Notes under the pieces: generated by a model
What the model saw: the letters and a program-made list of their open reading frames with translations, nothing else
What the model was told of the DNA's origin: nothing
Databases searched by the model: none
Position numbers and translations under genes: made by a program
Assembly: GCA_028534125.1 (NCBI GenBank)
Contig: CM052816.1
Coordinates: 84,136,001-84,200,000 of the forward strand
Direction of reading: 5' to 3'
From: Lama glama
Lineage: Eukaryota
Length of the DNA stretch: 64,000 nucleotides
Part shown: positions 13,629 to 28,284 of the stretch, piece after piece
Layout of the letters: each line of letters starts with the position of its first letter
Numbering within the stretch: the first letter of the stretch is position 1

Positions 13629-14559
13629 TCCTTATGTTCTTTTCACAGTTGATTCCCTGTGTAATTCTAAAACTGCTCAACCACTAAGTGATTTTTTTTC
13701 CATGAAAAACAGCATAAAAAGCCAGACATCCAGGAATCTTAAATGCTAATAATTTAAGGTGAATTCTAGATTTTTTTCCCTCAAGCCTCTTGAAATTATG
13801 CATTATAACAAGCCCCCTCAGTGGGGAGGGCAGTACCTGCCCGAGTGCAGAGAACAGCAACAGTAGTTAAGTAAAGCTGCCAAGGCTGCAGAACTCTTGT
13901 CCAAAGCGTTCATTAAATTGGCCATCAGTTAGTTCGGAATAGGTCTCCAGAGATATACTGACTTCTCAAGAAGGTGTTTAGTCTGTACGGATTTAAAAAA
14001 AATATGTAAAATATTTATTAATGGCTTCACCTACAGAGGTTCAACATAAAAAGAGTAAGTCCTCCTGAAATATAATTAGTATACATATCAACCTGTGGGT
14101 AATTTGTGGTAGAAAATGCAGGAACGCGACTGGGACTGGGTTCCCACCTTTGAACTTGGGCAAATCACAGGCGAAGACAATGCTCCAGGAGCTCCGCCGA
14201 GCAAAGATCTAACAAGCACACGATGTCACACATGCAGCTACTTTAGACAGCCTGCTGTATGTGTCCGTGGGCTTTTCTGGTTGGAGTTAAAATCCTGTTC
14301 TTTGGACTAGATTTAGGCACTGCTGAGCCTGGGCTTCAAAACTGATTCACAGGCTGTCCTTCTCTTAGTACTTTCTGTGTTGCAGTGTTCAAGCGTGTGA
14401 TCTCCAGAATCTTAAATGCTACTGTGCGTTTGCTATCCTCTCAAATGATCCAACAAGTGACCCTCCAGGTGAAAGAATAGAAAAATCTGACTTTCATAGA
14501 GGTTGAAACAAGCACCTACAAATACCTCATATGTGATTACAACGCTTCATAAGAAATGA

Positions 14560-15130
14560 AGCAATAATGGATTGCCCACGTCTCCAGATGGCGATGTTCT
14601 ATTCTTCAGAGTAAGCTGAAGAATGACAATTAATCATGATACTGAGAATCAAATCTCTCTACACCCACACACCTTAGCGTCTTTATGAACACAATCTATC
14701 ATTCAATTATTCACATTAACATGGCTTTACTGTTCCAGACAACATTTGTTCAGGAAGATGAAATTGTACTTAACTATGTGCTTCAAAAACTTTTGGAAAT
14801 ATTTAACCACTTAAAATAAATAGCTCAAATATGCTTAATGACTCTATAGACCTTGCCTCTGAGCCCGGCCCTTTACTCTAGACTCACTATGTCCACTATC
14901 CCTACGTTATTAAATCATGAATTTTTCCCAGTTCTCATCAAGAACTCACATTGAAAGTCTCACCTTAAATCAGACTCCCCAACCAACTTCTAGTATATTC
15001 TACCTAAGCCCATTCCCTTCTGAGATGCTAATAAAATTGTGTCAAGAAATGATGTCAATTCTTGTGGTAATCCATACACTCAACTTCGCTTTAATCCACA
15101 CATTGCTCTGGGGATCCAAGATTTGACATT
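14560..15130 (+). mobile_element. Probable 3' LTR of the ERV1 element
   Basis: Directly follows the env-like remnant, has LTR-like composition and ends near ...atttgaca. Termini not firmly defined. Confidence 0.45.
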
Positions 15131-17149
15131 TGGAATGCTTTGCTGAGAGAAAAATAGAGGCAAGGAAACCAATTAGAACTCTGGTATCAGCAGTTTGCTT
15201 GGACAAATGTGGGGCAAGTGTTAGTAAACTGAGAGAATACACTTTCCTTTTGCAGGTGAAACTTTCACCTGATCAAAAATTGCGTATGTATTAGAAGAGA
15301 AATGCCTTTTCAAATACAGTAATTTAGAATATATTGTGCATCCATATAAATCATATGCGTATACACATATACATATATTTATTTTTATGTATATAATATA
15401 TCTTCCTGAGATTCAAAGTGCCTGACTGAATAATCTAGGAGGAAGGAATGGCTTGATTGAATTGCCTATGCAAATTATGTTACATTATCACTACTCACTT
15501 CGATCTATCTTTAAAAGCAAAAAATGATAGAGTAGTTCATGGTTGCATTAATAAAATACTTTGAAAGTATGCATATATTCTGTTTAGTTTTTCACTTTCA
15601 TTCCAGAGCAATAAAATCCACAAGGATAAATGGTCCATTCAAATCAAATGAAGAATCATTTACAATTTTTTTTTCGCATCATATCTTAAAAAACAGAGCA
15701 CTGGTGAAGACAGACATACCTTTGATTAAGCTTTAGGGAAATATGAAATGAAGTGCAATATATCTAACAGAATTTTCAGTAGAAAAGAATCAGTAGAAAA
15801 AAACTCAGTGTCTGAAATTTTAGAAGACAGATCTTTTACTATGCTTTTTAGCCTTGCAAACCAATTATTAACATACAATTTTTTATTTGAAGAGATAATA
15901 AAATTCGTGAAATTTGTAAAAATTCATCATGCTGTACACTTCATTTTTTGATTTTTACGTGTTACGCTGCAATGTAAATGATAAAAGAAAATGTTAGCTG
16001 TAGATTCTCTGTGAATATGAAAAACAAGCTTTTTCCCCCTTTGCAAATTAACTTGATTTCTTTGAGGATCTTGTAACAAGAGACACCTTATACTAGGAGG
16101 TTTTGCCTGAATTTATTATGTATTTTCTTAGGTGTCCTACCAAGGTGAAAGAGCAAGAAAAGCAGATGGAAAACAGCAGGTACACACTTTTTGATGCGAG
16201 AAACTCATTCGTGATGATGACACTATTACTGTTCAAGATGGAAACAATAAATGTAATTTAAGATGAATAAGCGGTAGAAATGCAATAAATCAAGTAAATG
16301 AATACTAGCTCTGTCTGAACAATAAAACAACGGTGATGCATTTCATTCAGATATATCTACTCTCTTAAAAGTCAAATGGAACTTAATAACCTCCTTAATA
16401 ATAATTACGTATGTTTCCTTATTAACAGGAATTTCTCCATTACCATCTTAAAGATGCAAGCAAATAAAAGAATTCTATTCAGAAAGCAGTATCACCCTTC
16501 AAACTTTTTATAATCACTGCTTTGAAACAGCTATTGAATTGTGTTATTCTTAATCTAAAAGCAGTGTCAACATTGAGATCCCAGAAAAAAATTATGTTCT
16601 TACAATTCTTCTAACCAAGATGTTTGTCATGCTTTCACTGAACTTCACTTGAATGTGTAAATAGCATTTGTATCTTTCTAACTTCATTCTGTAGGACCAC
16701 AGATCACTACTATTTACTCTTATCTTTCCTTAGAGTAAATGAAGAGCACTTGTTGACTATCTTGATATCATGTTCCTAATGCATTTGTGACCTTTCACTT
16801 GATGCATTCCTTTCCCTTGACTTATTTCATTTGGAATTTCAGTCTTTTAATTAGAGCTCTATCTGAAGTCCGTTTCTCTTCAATTTGAGAGCATGTGATT
16901 TTCCATAATGCCATAGTCAGAATTTGCTTTTTGTTGAGTACAAGCAAAAAGATGGTCTTATTCATTCTGCCAAATGCCCCCTTTGCATTTCAATATATTA
17001 ATTTTTAATAAGATGCTACCTGCCCAAATTTTTTGAAACTTTGGTCCTTCTTTTTGACCAGATGTGGCATATTTTTTCTACCTAGAATGCTAAGATACTG
17101 TATGAAGGCAAAATGACAGTACCAGACAAAGACACATCAAACAGGGGGA

Positions 17150-17395
17150 AAAAAGTCTTTTTTTTTTTTTAATAGAGAGGGATCAGCATGGCAAACAGGA
17201 ACTTTTACTTGTTGAGGGTGAGTGGTAGAGTTGAGCAGACATGATCGAGACAGTTTAACAGGAAATATTTATTTCTACAGTTAGAATGAGCCATTAAAGG
17301 AAAAGATGTTTTCTCCATTAAGCTTAGGGATGAGACAAAGTTCAGGGGCCTTTGGGGAGGAGAGAAGCCTGACTAACTCCTGGTCGAGACAAGTA
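17150..17395 (-). mobile_element. ERV1 LTR fragment (MER110/MER31-like)
   Basis: Reverse complement contains ttagtcaggcttctctcctccccaaaggcccctgaactttg and aaagttcctgtttgccatgctgatccctc, homologous to 59530-59885. Confidence 0.65.
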
Positions 17396-17631
17396 ACAGG
17401 CAGTTCTGAGCACTTGGTGAGCGGAAATACACTGCTCAAATTTAAGCCCAGTAATTATAGAATTTATATAGGAAGTTAAGATATGAGAATTTTTAAGATA
17501 GTTAAATTGGACTTCAGAGAATTAAGTCACAGCTGCATGTAGAGATGACATCTATCTATATTTCCTATTTATGACAGATGAAACACTTCATGTACTCAAT
17601 ATAATATTTGATTTTGGGGATATTTTATTAC

Positions 17632-17990
17632 TATTTTAGTCCACTCAGGCTGCTATAGCAAAATACTATAGACAAGGTGACTTAAACAGCAAACTGTGAG
17701 AAGTACCTCACCACTCTGGAGGCTTGAAGTCTGAGATCAGGAGCAACATGGTCACCTTCTGGTGAGAACCTTCTAGTTGCAAACTGCCCACATTTCACTC
17801 TGTCTTTAGATGGCAGAAAGAAAGAGCACCCTGGTCCCTTCATTACTTAAAAAGAGCACAAGTCCCACTTCCGAGGGCTTCACCTCCCAACCAATTATCC
17901 TCCCCAAACCTTATTTCCAAATACCACCAAATTGAATACTAGGTTTCAATACAGAAATCTGGGGAAGACACAAACATTCAGATCACAATT
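17632..17990 (-). mobile_element. MaLR LTR (MLT1A-like)
   Basis: ttagtccactcaggctgctatagcaaaatac...ctggaggcttgaagtctgagatcagg...gacacaaacattcag. Confidence 0.85.
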
Positions 17991-20149
17991 ACCATATTAT
18001 ATTACCTATATGTTATACTATCTATGTTGGTAACATCCTGTTAAAACACTCATGAAATCAAACATAAACATGGATAGTGAAAAGACACAGACGTGTAGAA
18101 TTCTTACTAAGCTCTTTTCACATGTTAACTCTGCTCATAAAAAGAATGCACACTCTGGAAAAGCTGCATTTTAATTCAAAAAATTATAGATGATTTTTAT
18201 ACAAAGAGGACATCATAGTGAAAAAATGGTCTATCCTCACTGTAGTAATTTCTTAGGTGTACGTTTTGACTAGTGTTAAGTCTTTCACTTTGGGATAGAA
18301 TAACATGTAATAGTCTACAAAATGGACTGTCTTACAAAATAACAGACCTATAAGTTTACTACTGCTATAGTAATTAACTTTCCTATCTACTTCAGAGTGG
18401 AAATACGTAGTTTAAAATTTTCCGATGCTAAATACTCTTTGAAGCTTATGATTAACTATCACACAAGCACCTGCTAGAAAACATTAAAGTTCAGAGGCTT
18501 GAGAGATTTAGTAGAATATGCATGGTGAAATCCTCCTTAACCAAATATAGTTTCTCTCAATTCATCAAGAAATTTATGTAGTAACACTGAAGATGGCCCA
18601 CATTTAAAGAAGCACGTGCTTGCTGAATTAATTTCAGTTTGTTGAAGGTTAATTGATCACATAGCTCTGATTCATAAAAGAAGACAAGAACTATAATGTC
18701 TCAGTATCGTTATCAGCCAGCTATCTCCAAAACATACAAAATATTCAAATGTATCTTACGGACAGAAGAGATCAGAGGGTTTTTGCAAATTTCTTATTGA
18801 AAACCCAGACATTTCCAGGCATTTTCCTGTTTTCTCTGTAGTAATCTTGCTGGAAGGGCAAGAAAGAGGCAACAGAATGTATCTCAGGATTATTCTTCAC
18901 TTGATTCATTCATTCATGGTTAAAATGATATGGTATGTTTTCTCTTGAATATGTTTCAATCATACCCTTAAAGTTATTTTAAGTTATTAAGTAAAATTAA
19001 GTTACTTTCTGCTTCTCCAAAATAGAAAAGCTATTTGAAAATGAACACTAATAATCTGCCTTGTTATATTTGAACAAGGTTTTTTTCTAACCTTCATCCA
19101 CAAGGGGCTTGGCAGGGTCACTGAAGCATTTAGTCTGGCCTACCAGGCACAGCACGCCTACAGACCTCTTAGATTTTACAAGGTTCATTGTAGGAAAATG
19201 TAAATGCATAATGGGCTCTGGCGGAGTCCAACTATCTAATTAAAAGACCATTTTGTACTTTATACCATAGATCACAGGATGATAGCACATGAAAATTAGC
19301 CCACTTGTACGTTATCTGCCTATTGGGGAAATGCGCAAAGAAGGAAAACCTGCTATGTTTATGTTTGTCATTAATTATTTCATTTCTAAAGGTAGTATAA
19401 ATCAGACACAAATCAGCCAATTCATTTTCTTGGTTTTAGGTCAAAATTAAAGAAAATTTCAAGACATATAAATTCAGTAGCAATATATGACTCTAATAAA
19501 TCTGTGTATATGGTAAAGGCTTAAAGTGGCAGATTTTTAAGACAGTGTCAGTTTAATAAGATCATTTTAATATGTATCCACAAAATGGAAAGATCTGTCA
19601 GAAACCATCATATTTTGTTGATACTTGAACAATATGACACATGTTTAAATTGTTTTATTTATTGAAACCGTATTTAGTTTTATTTAAATAATGATTATTT
19701 TATATCAAATCTAAAGGATTTGTATACATGAGAGTTTGAAGGTGGTCAAAGAATGCAATGTTTGAAATATTACATATCCCCCAAATAACAATTAATGCCA
19801 ATTCATTGTAAAACATAATGTTCATAATTAAAAATTCATATAATAACAAATATTCCTTTTAATTGCTAAAGTATTACTTTTCATGATAACACTATATCAT
19901 CATGCTATTTCTCATTATACATCTGATATAGTTTGATTTTTCTAAAAGCTGGAAAATAGAAAAATATAACTCCCAGAATATTTCAGCATGGAACTACTTT
20001 TAGAGATTCATTTTATTTATCTTAAAGTACTCTTTCCATTTCTCTTTACTCTCTTTCCAACTACACAGACACATGATTTACATTGTTATATCGTGTTATT
20101 GGCTTATTATAACATATCACTATGTAATACTTAGATTATCTTCTCTTCA

Positions 20150-20250
20150 ACCTACAGTCAATAATAATGTACTGAACACTTAACAATGTGTTATAGTGTA
20201 GAACTCATGTTGTGTTCTTACTGAAATAAAAGAAAAGAAAAAGAAAAAAG
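20150..20250 (+). mobile_element. Short L1 3' end with A-rich tail
   Basis: acagtcaataataatgtactgaacacttaa...gtagaactcatgttgtgttcttactg followed by (AAAAG)n. Confidence 0.65.
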
Positions 20251-21965
20251 CATATACAACATTAAATAAAATAGGATTTTATTTCTTTTTATAGATTCAG
20301 GAAAATGTAGTACTAAAATAGATGTGAAGCTTTGAAAAAAACTGTCGTTTTTTTCACAAGCATGTTTTATATTTAAAACACCATTTTAATGCATTTCCTT
20401 TTTCTGTGACAAAGATCAAATACTATGTGCTTTCACCAGCAACTTTCTTTCCCAACTCTTTGTTCTTATGTCAAGCTGTTGCCTAGTGAACTATGCAGAG
20501 AAGAATAAAAGAGTGGCATGAATTAGCTTTATCTATAAAATTTTGTCAGAGTTTCCCTTTATCCTTTAATTTATAGTGGCTTAGCATGGCTCTTTACTGG
20601 TCAGGAATAGGAAAAATAAAGCAGGCAGGAGACAGGTACGCATTCCTACATGCTTGTGAAAATACTTTCTTTAGTCAGCCTTATAAAAAATAATGTCCAA
20701 CCTTCAAGGAACAACAAGTGATAGTTTCAGGTGAATAACAATATAATACCTCACCTAAGTGAGCTGCTGTCCTCTCCCCATGAGTCTCATTCACAACATC
20801 TCTAACAGTATGAGAAGAAAGCAAGGAAATATTGTAGCGACTGGTATCCAGTAAAATCTCAACTATCTCAAAATCAAAATAATTTTTTTTAATATCTGGC
20901 AGAATGAATAAAGAAAATGCAGTCTTTGTCAAGTATAAATATTCTTCCTTGGGAGCTCTTCAATCAGGAACAGTATGAAAACTTGTCAAGTATCATTAAA
21001 GACTGACAAAGGGCCGGGGTAAGAAATGAATGCTCAAATCTTGCGATTTTAACCACATATGTGGTTGTAAAAGCCAAGTTTTTAGTAACATATTTTTGTC
21101 ACAGAGGGATGCATGGCTTCTTCTGAACTTTTCTTCCTTTTACAAGGATATCCACTAGCTGACGTGTGCTTTAAAAAATAGGAGAAAATACAGTGATACA
21201 ATGGAATTACTCCTTGACTGAAATTCAGGAATAATGAATCACAGAATGGTACCTATCACTAATAAATTGAGGGACCTTGATCAATACATGTTCACAGGTC
21301 AAAGAAATTAGTGTAAATCAAGATCAGGAATACATTTTTTAATATGAAAACAAAGCTTAGACCAATCAAGAAAAGCAGCATCTCCAATACAGTGCTAACC
21401 ATTTCTCTATAAGAGTGTTCAGATAATGGGACAGCTCTACACCTTCACCTTTCCAGATTATTGAAATCTCAGTCTGGATTCTGAGATCTCTCCTGAAAGA
21501 TTTAAACAAAGAAGTCACTGATACAAATGAAAACTTACTACTATATAGGTATGTAACATAAGCCATTTCCTCATCACTCCATAGAATGTGGTTTCAAGGT
21601 CACAATTTGTCAACTTGTATTTGTGTCTGGGCAAATTAAATGAAGTTAGAATAAATCAGACGTTGTATGAGACAACAGTGTGAAATGACAAAGTAAAGCA
21701 TTTTTAAAAGAATCAGTCATTACGTTTAACCTCAAAAACTATGTGCTATTAACTATCTAATTATCTCATTTCATCCCTTTTATGATCTCATTCTAAATCA
21801 CTGCTTTTCAAAAAATGAGTTTTATGTACTCGCATAAATGTAAAATGACTATGTCAACAATAACGTAAGTGATGTTAACAAGTAAGTGTGTTATGATGAC
21901 TTAATTTTACTTTAATGAACATAACATGAAATGCCTTCTGGAGTGGTTTTATTTATAATACCCAG

Positions 21966-22016
21966 AAAGCTTACTAAAAATATGAATAAAAATAAAAGCT
22001 TACTAATAATATGAAT
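21966..22016. repeat. 29-bp-period tandem duplication
   Basis: aaagcttactaaaaatatgaat at 21966 and aaagcttactaataatatgaat at 21995. Confidence 0.8.
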
Positions 22017-22499
22017 TAATACATTTTAGTAGTCATAATTTGACTTACTACTTTCATTTAAATAACCTTGAAAAGCTTAGGATATAGGTAATGGTCTAGT
22101 AAAAATAGCATGCGTACGAAATTTCTGAGTTTCAGATGCTTAGCAAATTGTTTGCAATGGCACGTTCACCTCAATATTTGTATTTAATTTGTATTATAGC
22201 AGATTTTGGTGATTTTATTAGATGTCTTAGAGTTTTACATAATATAAGAGTATATTATGTATATATGTGGCTATACATTGGCAGATCTAAATGCAAACTA
22301 AACTAAATCCAGAATAATTACCATTGCCTATATCATATGTGTAATCACATCAAGACAAATTTAAAAACCAATTAAACAATAATTTGGGAAGATTTTCTCA
22401 TTCTATGATATTTTAACAGACAGATGCTTTTAAAAGTATAATTTAAACGAAACAAATTTCAAAGGACTGACACTCACAAGACTATGCTAATCCCTGGTA

Positions 22500-22740
22500 A
22501 TTGATGAAAACTTCCCTGAGAGCAGGATCAGTGTCTGAATTCTGAATGGATGCTGTCACCTGACACAGATACCTTCTCATGCATTTGTAATAATCAGTTA
22601 AATGAATGACACTATTGCCTCCATTTATTCAACAAATAATCTAAATATTAAAAATGATCTGATATATTAAGTAGTAAACCACACTGATGGTCCCTTTCTT
22701 GGTAAGGCCTACTCTTCATGGAGATGAAGAAGCAAAGGAA
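22500..22740. mobile_element. Two L2 3' ends arranged tail-to-tail
   Basis: Plus copy cctgagagcagg...gttaaatgaatg ends near 22609. Minus copy starts catttattcaacaaata at 22622. Confidence 0.5.
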
Positions 22741-25399
22741 GGAGTACCCAGAAACTGGTACATTATCAGATTAGCAGATTATCCAACAAGCAGGGAACGC
22801 AAAAGCACACGAGGTGCTGAAGATCACAGGGTGTAAAACAAAAGGAACAGAAGACTATACAAAATGGAAGAGGAAAGTTCTCTCCAAATAAATTAGGAGG
22901 CTGTTGGAGATCTCCTCTAAGCAGACTTTTAGTCTGTGTTTCCAAGAGCCTTCTCTCCAGGAAATTTCTAGAGAATGTTACTGCAGATTGTGACTCCTGA
23001 AAACAGTGGGAGCTACACTGTACACTATGACTCAAGTAGAGTAGTAAATTACACGTGTTTGGTAATTTCAATTTAGGTCACCATAATATTTTTCCAATTT
23101 TTTTTAAATTAATTGCTTTATTATCTACTTCTTTACACATATGCTGGAAGGAAAAATAGCATCCTAAAATGTGCCCTAGAAGGAAAATAATATTATCTAA
23201 GAAAATTACAAAATCCACATGAAGAAGGCAAAAAACAACTAACTAAATAAACAAAATGGTGTTGTTTCAGTAGTAAATATATTTAATATTTCCTTATATA
23301 ATGATAGGATTATTCATGTTCTGAGTAGAAAAATATGTATGTTATAAAAATTGTTTAGTCTGGTAAGTGACAGGAAGGCAGTATGGACAATTTTTATTCT
23401 TGTATCTTTATTTTATTTTTATTTTAGGGCCTAGGATAATAATATCTATTTTCAGTAGTCTTTACACAGAATTTTATTTACCATCATATAAACAAGAGAG
23501 TAGAAAACCTTGTATTCTAATGAAGATTTCTCTAAGGAAGGCTTGTTACAGCACTGAAAGTATTTCAATATATCGATAAAATGAAGAAATATGCTGAAAG
23601 GAAGTCAGTAAGTTTTACAATAGCAATTTGTTTGCAAACAAACTCCAAATCAGTGAAAAGTGCATGCAAATGACTCCATTAAGCTTAATCTAGATTGAAA
23701 AGAAAGTATGCTTAAGGATGTAATGAAAATTGAAGTACTTCTTTAATTATCTGCATAAATTACTTAGCCATCAGTATAAAAAAACATGCAGTAATGCTTT
23801 TTGGTTAACAATCAAGTATTTAAGTGAGACAACATGACTAAGTTTCAACTAAATGTCTAAAAAAAAATCACCATATCAAAATTTGATGAGGCAATTATAT
23901 AGAAGATAAATTACAATGATATTTCACTGTTGATAACTAGTAGAACATGATCAAATATTGAATACTAGGAGGAGTTTAATGTTACTGTAATATATTTTAC
24001 TATAAATCCTCAAAACAGTATTTGAAATCCAATGTGAACACAACTTTCAATCTTCTGAAAATCTTACACATATTTGAGTAATTTACAATATTATGCATCT
24101 TCTCAAGTCAAAATTAATATAATACAAGTCCATCCTTATATATTGCATCAGGTCTTTCGAGAGTATAGAGACTCAAGGATTAAACTAATTATATTATAGG
24201 ATATAAGAAAAAGTAATTTCAGTGAAAACACTTTATTCTTTCAAATTTAAATTAATTCAAATTATTTTAACTTACATTTTCATAAATACACTTACAGTGA
24301 GTTTATATACATAGACAACATTAAATATTTTTATACAATTTTAAGATGATGTTTTCCAGGCAGGTAAATTGAGGGGGTAAAAAAGTAACTAACCTCCAAG
24401 GGAATTCAGAGTCTTTGAAGTGTTTTATATATATATATATTTTAAAGATCAAATACAGTTCGAGAACTTTTCAGAGGTGATACAGGAATAGATAGTAGCA
24501 AGAAAAATAACCATTTTGTCTTACCATCTATTTATGTCAATTTAATTCATTCCATTTAATCTACTTAAAATAATTTAATAAAGGAATCTATAATAAGGTG
24601 AAAGTATTAAAAGGATGCCTACATTCAAGATAATTCAAATCATTTCCCTAACTGCAAGATGTTAGCATTAATCCTTAGGTTAATTCAAATTTAAACTCTT
24701 TGTTCATATCTGACTCTCCCAAACCTAAAGACCAAAACGACCACTAAGGCATGTGGCTCCTGTCACTTGATAATTCTTATTTATGCATTTCATGTAACAG
24801 CTAATTTTGAAAAGCTGGAACCTCCTGCTCTGAGGAAAACATGTTTGTTTTCAAATTTATTTGCAAAATCTATGCATCATAAAATAATAGAGCTTTTTAA
24901 ATAACTAAGAGGAACATCAGATACTTTGTAATTCAATCTACTTCCTGAAGAAACCAATTTTTCAGGTAGGCAACAAGGATATACCACCGAAAAGCATGAC
25001 TTTCCCACAAGAGCATTCACAAGCTTGAAATAAAGCTCTCCTAGCAGACAATTCTACGTTTTCTTGTATGTCTTGACTTCTTTTTTATTTAGCACTAGAT
25101 TTGTATAATTAAGGTCATAGTGCCACATATCTCAAAAAACTGTAGTGCAGTGCTAATCAATTTTAAGCTGAAAAAATTACTGGAGTATTTTCCTTTGAAA
25201 TCCCTCCTATGTGTAGCCAGGATTGTTTTCCGAAAGTAATAAGGTAGCCTGGAATCCCCGAGCTTCCTCACCTCCTGTGATAACGATGCAAAAGTTCAAG
25301 ACCCACAGCTATAAATAAGGCTAGCAGAACAGGTTTTGATAGGAATGAAGGATTCAAGGGTGACCAGTAGTGGGGTGGAGGGAAGGAAAATAGCATATG

Positions 25400-27790
25400 A
25401 ATTGAGATTGCCTATTCTGAAAAAGCACAAAGTTGGGTCAGGTGAATTTAATTATCTGTGGTAGAAAAGAGCTCTGAAAGGGGAAAAAAAGAAAAAAGAA
25501 TAAATGACAAGGACAATGAGACATTTGGAAAGATGAAGCATTATAAAAAAAAAATCAGCAGATAGAAAAAACTGTTGTAGATAAAGCAGAATTAGTGAGG
25601 GAGAAAAGCCAAAATTTAAATAATATCTTCAGACTGATTGGATGTTAAAAATATTAAAAAAAAATTCATTGTTGAACTGAAGAATCCAGTGTTACAAGTG
25701 AATGACAGAATAAAAAAGGAGCAAAAATGTGAGCATGCTGGAAACCAAGATCAAATATTCATCCCGGAGGTACGAAGAAGATGAAGATGGGTAAGATGAG
25801 AGAGAAAATGAAAAAAAAAACCCCAAAAAACAGATAATCATCAAAAACTATTAAGGAACCCAGAGGATAAGAATGATATCAATAGAAAGAGATTAATATT
25901 GTACAAATAGCAAACAATAATTTCTTAGCATTATTAGAAACAAGCAGATTGAATGAACTCATAAAGCTTGGAACAAATAGGACAGATTAACAATACACAT
26001 GGACTGGAAGAGCTACCTCAAGAATTCTAGACATACATTGTGAAATTTGAGATGATTTTTAAAAATGAGAAAAATCTAAGGTTTCTTGGAGAAAAAAGGA
26101 TACTGCTCATTGAAAAAACAATAAAGAAAATAAAATTTATTGCCCAAATATCACCAGGTGAAGAAAGACAATGTAGTAACATGCCATTTTAAAACAAGAA
26201 AAGTGAACCCAGAATTTTATACTCATCCAAGGTGACTGTCATGAACTATGGTTGGCAGGGTAAATTCAGCCAGCTACTTGAATGTACATTCAGTATTGGA
26301 ACACAGCCTTGCTCATTCATTTGTTTTGTCTATGGATATTTTCCTGCTATAATGACAGAGATTATCCTTAAGGAAGGAAACACATGGTCTGCAAAGTCTC
26401 AAGTATTTTATATATATCTCACATTTTATAGGAAAAAAAATTTACTGACCTCTGATCTAAGCTATCATTTAATGCCAGAGTGAATTACAATGTTCCTAGG
26501 CATACATAATCTCAAGAATTCTGCCACAAAAAGACAACCTTTGAAATAACTTTGGGGATATTTGCAGCAAGAAGAGTAATTAATCAAGTTTGAAGTAATA
26601 AGACATGAAAAATTAGATACATAAAATCTTAGTAAAGATCTACTGATGGTTGAATTTTTTAAATGATCACATAATAAAAGAATAAATTGAGAAAACAATA
26701 CATATCATTTCAGATGAAACCAATATTGGACTAATGTAAGGAAGGCAGGAATAGCACAAGAGACCAGAGGGGTTGACAAATTTCTTGTTCCAAGAAAGAT
26801 ACAAATATTGGTAAATTTCAACATGGACAGAGAAATTGAGTTTGAGTCTTAAAAACTAGTATTACCCATTACAACAACAAAAAAATTGGCACATTTCAAA
26901 GTAGCAGAACAAAATGACATGCAAATAAATTTTAAAAGGAGAAAAGGAAATAAAAGTTTTAGTTTAAGAGAAAATATCAAATGGCATTTTAAGAAAAATG
27001 TTAATTAGTTATACCTAATGATTGACAGATAAATTCTTTCAGCTTAGACAATAAACAAAGACAGGTAACATATTATGTATAAAAGATACATTGCAAACAA
27101 AGGGATAGCATATTGTTGGAAATAAATATGTAATAAATATGCATAGTTAAAAAAGAAAATGAGAAGGCACATTATATTAGATATAGGAAAATTTAAGGAA
27201 AAACCATTAGAGAATGTTTTTATATATAAGTGGATTAATATCTCAAGAAAATACTATACCCATATATTTAATCAAGAGTATACAGATGATCATAATTTGA
27301 TATTCTATAGTCTTTATGATATATTAATGTAGAAAAAGATAACTTTTAAAAAACAATGGAATAACAAGGCTTTATATATGCAGCCCTCTTTAAAAGAACT
27401 CTGGGTAAAGGATCCAGTTTAAAGAAAACTGTATCTAGGATTCTATACTTATGTTATATGAAACTAAGCCTAAATTGCAAGTATTTAGAAGAAAAACATT
27501 ATGATAATTAACAGGAATAAAAATACTTTTCAAGCAGATGTGGACAACTGATACAGCTGACACCTTACCAGCCAAAAAAAAACCTCAGTACATTTCAACA
27601 AATCAGTATCATTAAAAACAACTAAGTAAACAGTAGCAGAACTCTTGCTAAACATCACCCAAAGATCTATGGAAAAGAAAATTTTAAAAAATGAGATTAC
27701 ATAATTTAAAATGCACTGAAAATTTTCAACATATGTCAAAACTGGTAAGAAGCAGGTGAAGTACTAGTTAGAGGGAAATTTTAAAATACC
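25400..27790 (+). mobile_element. Very old L1 (ORF1 to ORF2 endonuclease region), decayed
   Basis: Strong A-rich strand bias with residual L1 motifs (ctagacatacattgtgaaattt, aacccagaattttatactcatccaa, cctcagtacatttcaacaaa). Confidence 0.6.
26256..26454. mobile_element. MER58A-like hAT-Charlie DNA transposon
   Basis: caggg...gtattggaacacagccttgctcattcattt...gtctatgg...aaaaatttactgacctctg, nested in the old L1. Confidence 0.8.
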
Positions 27791-28284
27791 CTCTAGTTAC
27801 ACTAATTTGAGTTTTATTCCATATGAAAGAAAAAAAGAAATAACACTTTTACTCTGAATTACTTCCATAATAAAATCCATTCAAGCAACTTAAAACACTC
27901 ATGACATTATGTCATATTCATGCAGAACTTAGAATTAAATTAGAAATGTGTGAAAACATTGTAGAGTAAGAGAAAATGCAAAATATTTGATATTTGAACG
28001 TGTTTTGTCAGAATTTAAAGTGTCCTTGAATTACATCAGCTTTCTTACTGAAGATTTTATCTATTACTACAACATATATTCAGAAAATATCCTTGAAGAA
28101 TAGAGAATACCTTTGCATTTAGGAATACATTTTCTTGATTAAACATGTCATTTAAATCAATTAATTAGCAAATATTCAAATAATTTCAAATTGTTCGTAC
28201 TCTTTAAGGGCTGTTTTGGGCTGTGTAAATTAAGAGATCAAAACTGAACAAACTTTTTTGTATAAATACTAATTTACATAACTT

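Larger units (their letters stand above)
10760..14560 (+). mobile_element. Degraded class I (ERV1, MER21/MER34-like) endogenous retrovirus internal region
   Basis: RNaseH-like remnant near 11430, integrase remnant 12186-13020, then env-like remnants (C-W-I at about 13400, hydrophobic TM-like tail about 14270-14430) in retroviral order. Interrupted by two SINEs. Boundaries approximate. Confidence 0.7.

Noticed and set aside
2016..21876. Shared 15-mer aacgtaagtgatgtt at about 2016 and about 21862
   Set aside because: A few 15-mer matches are expected by chance in 64 kb of AT-rich DNA, and the match does not extend.
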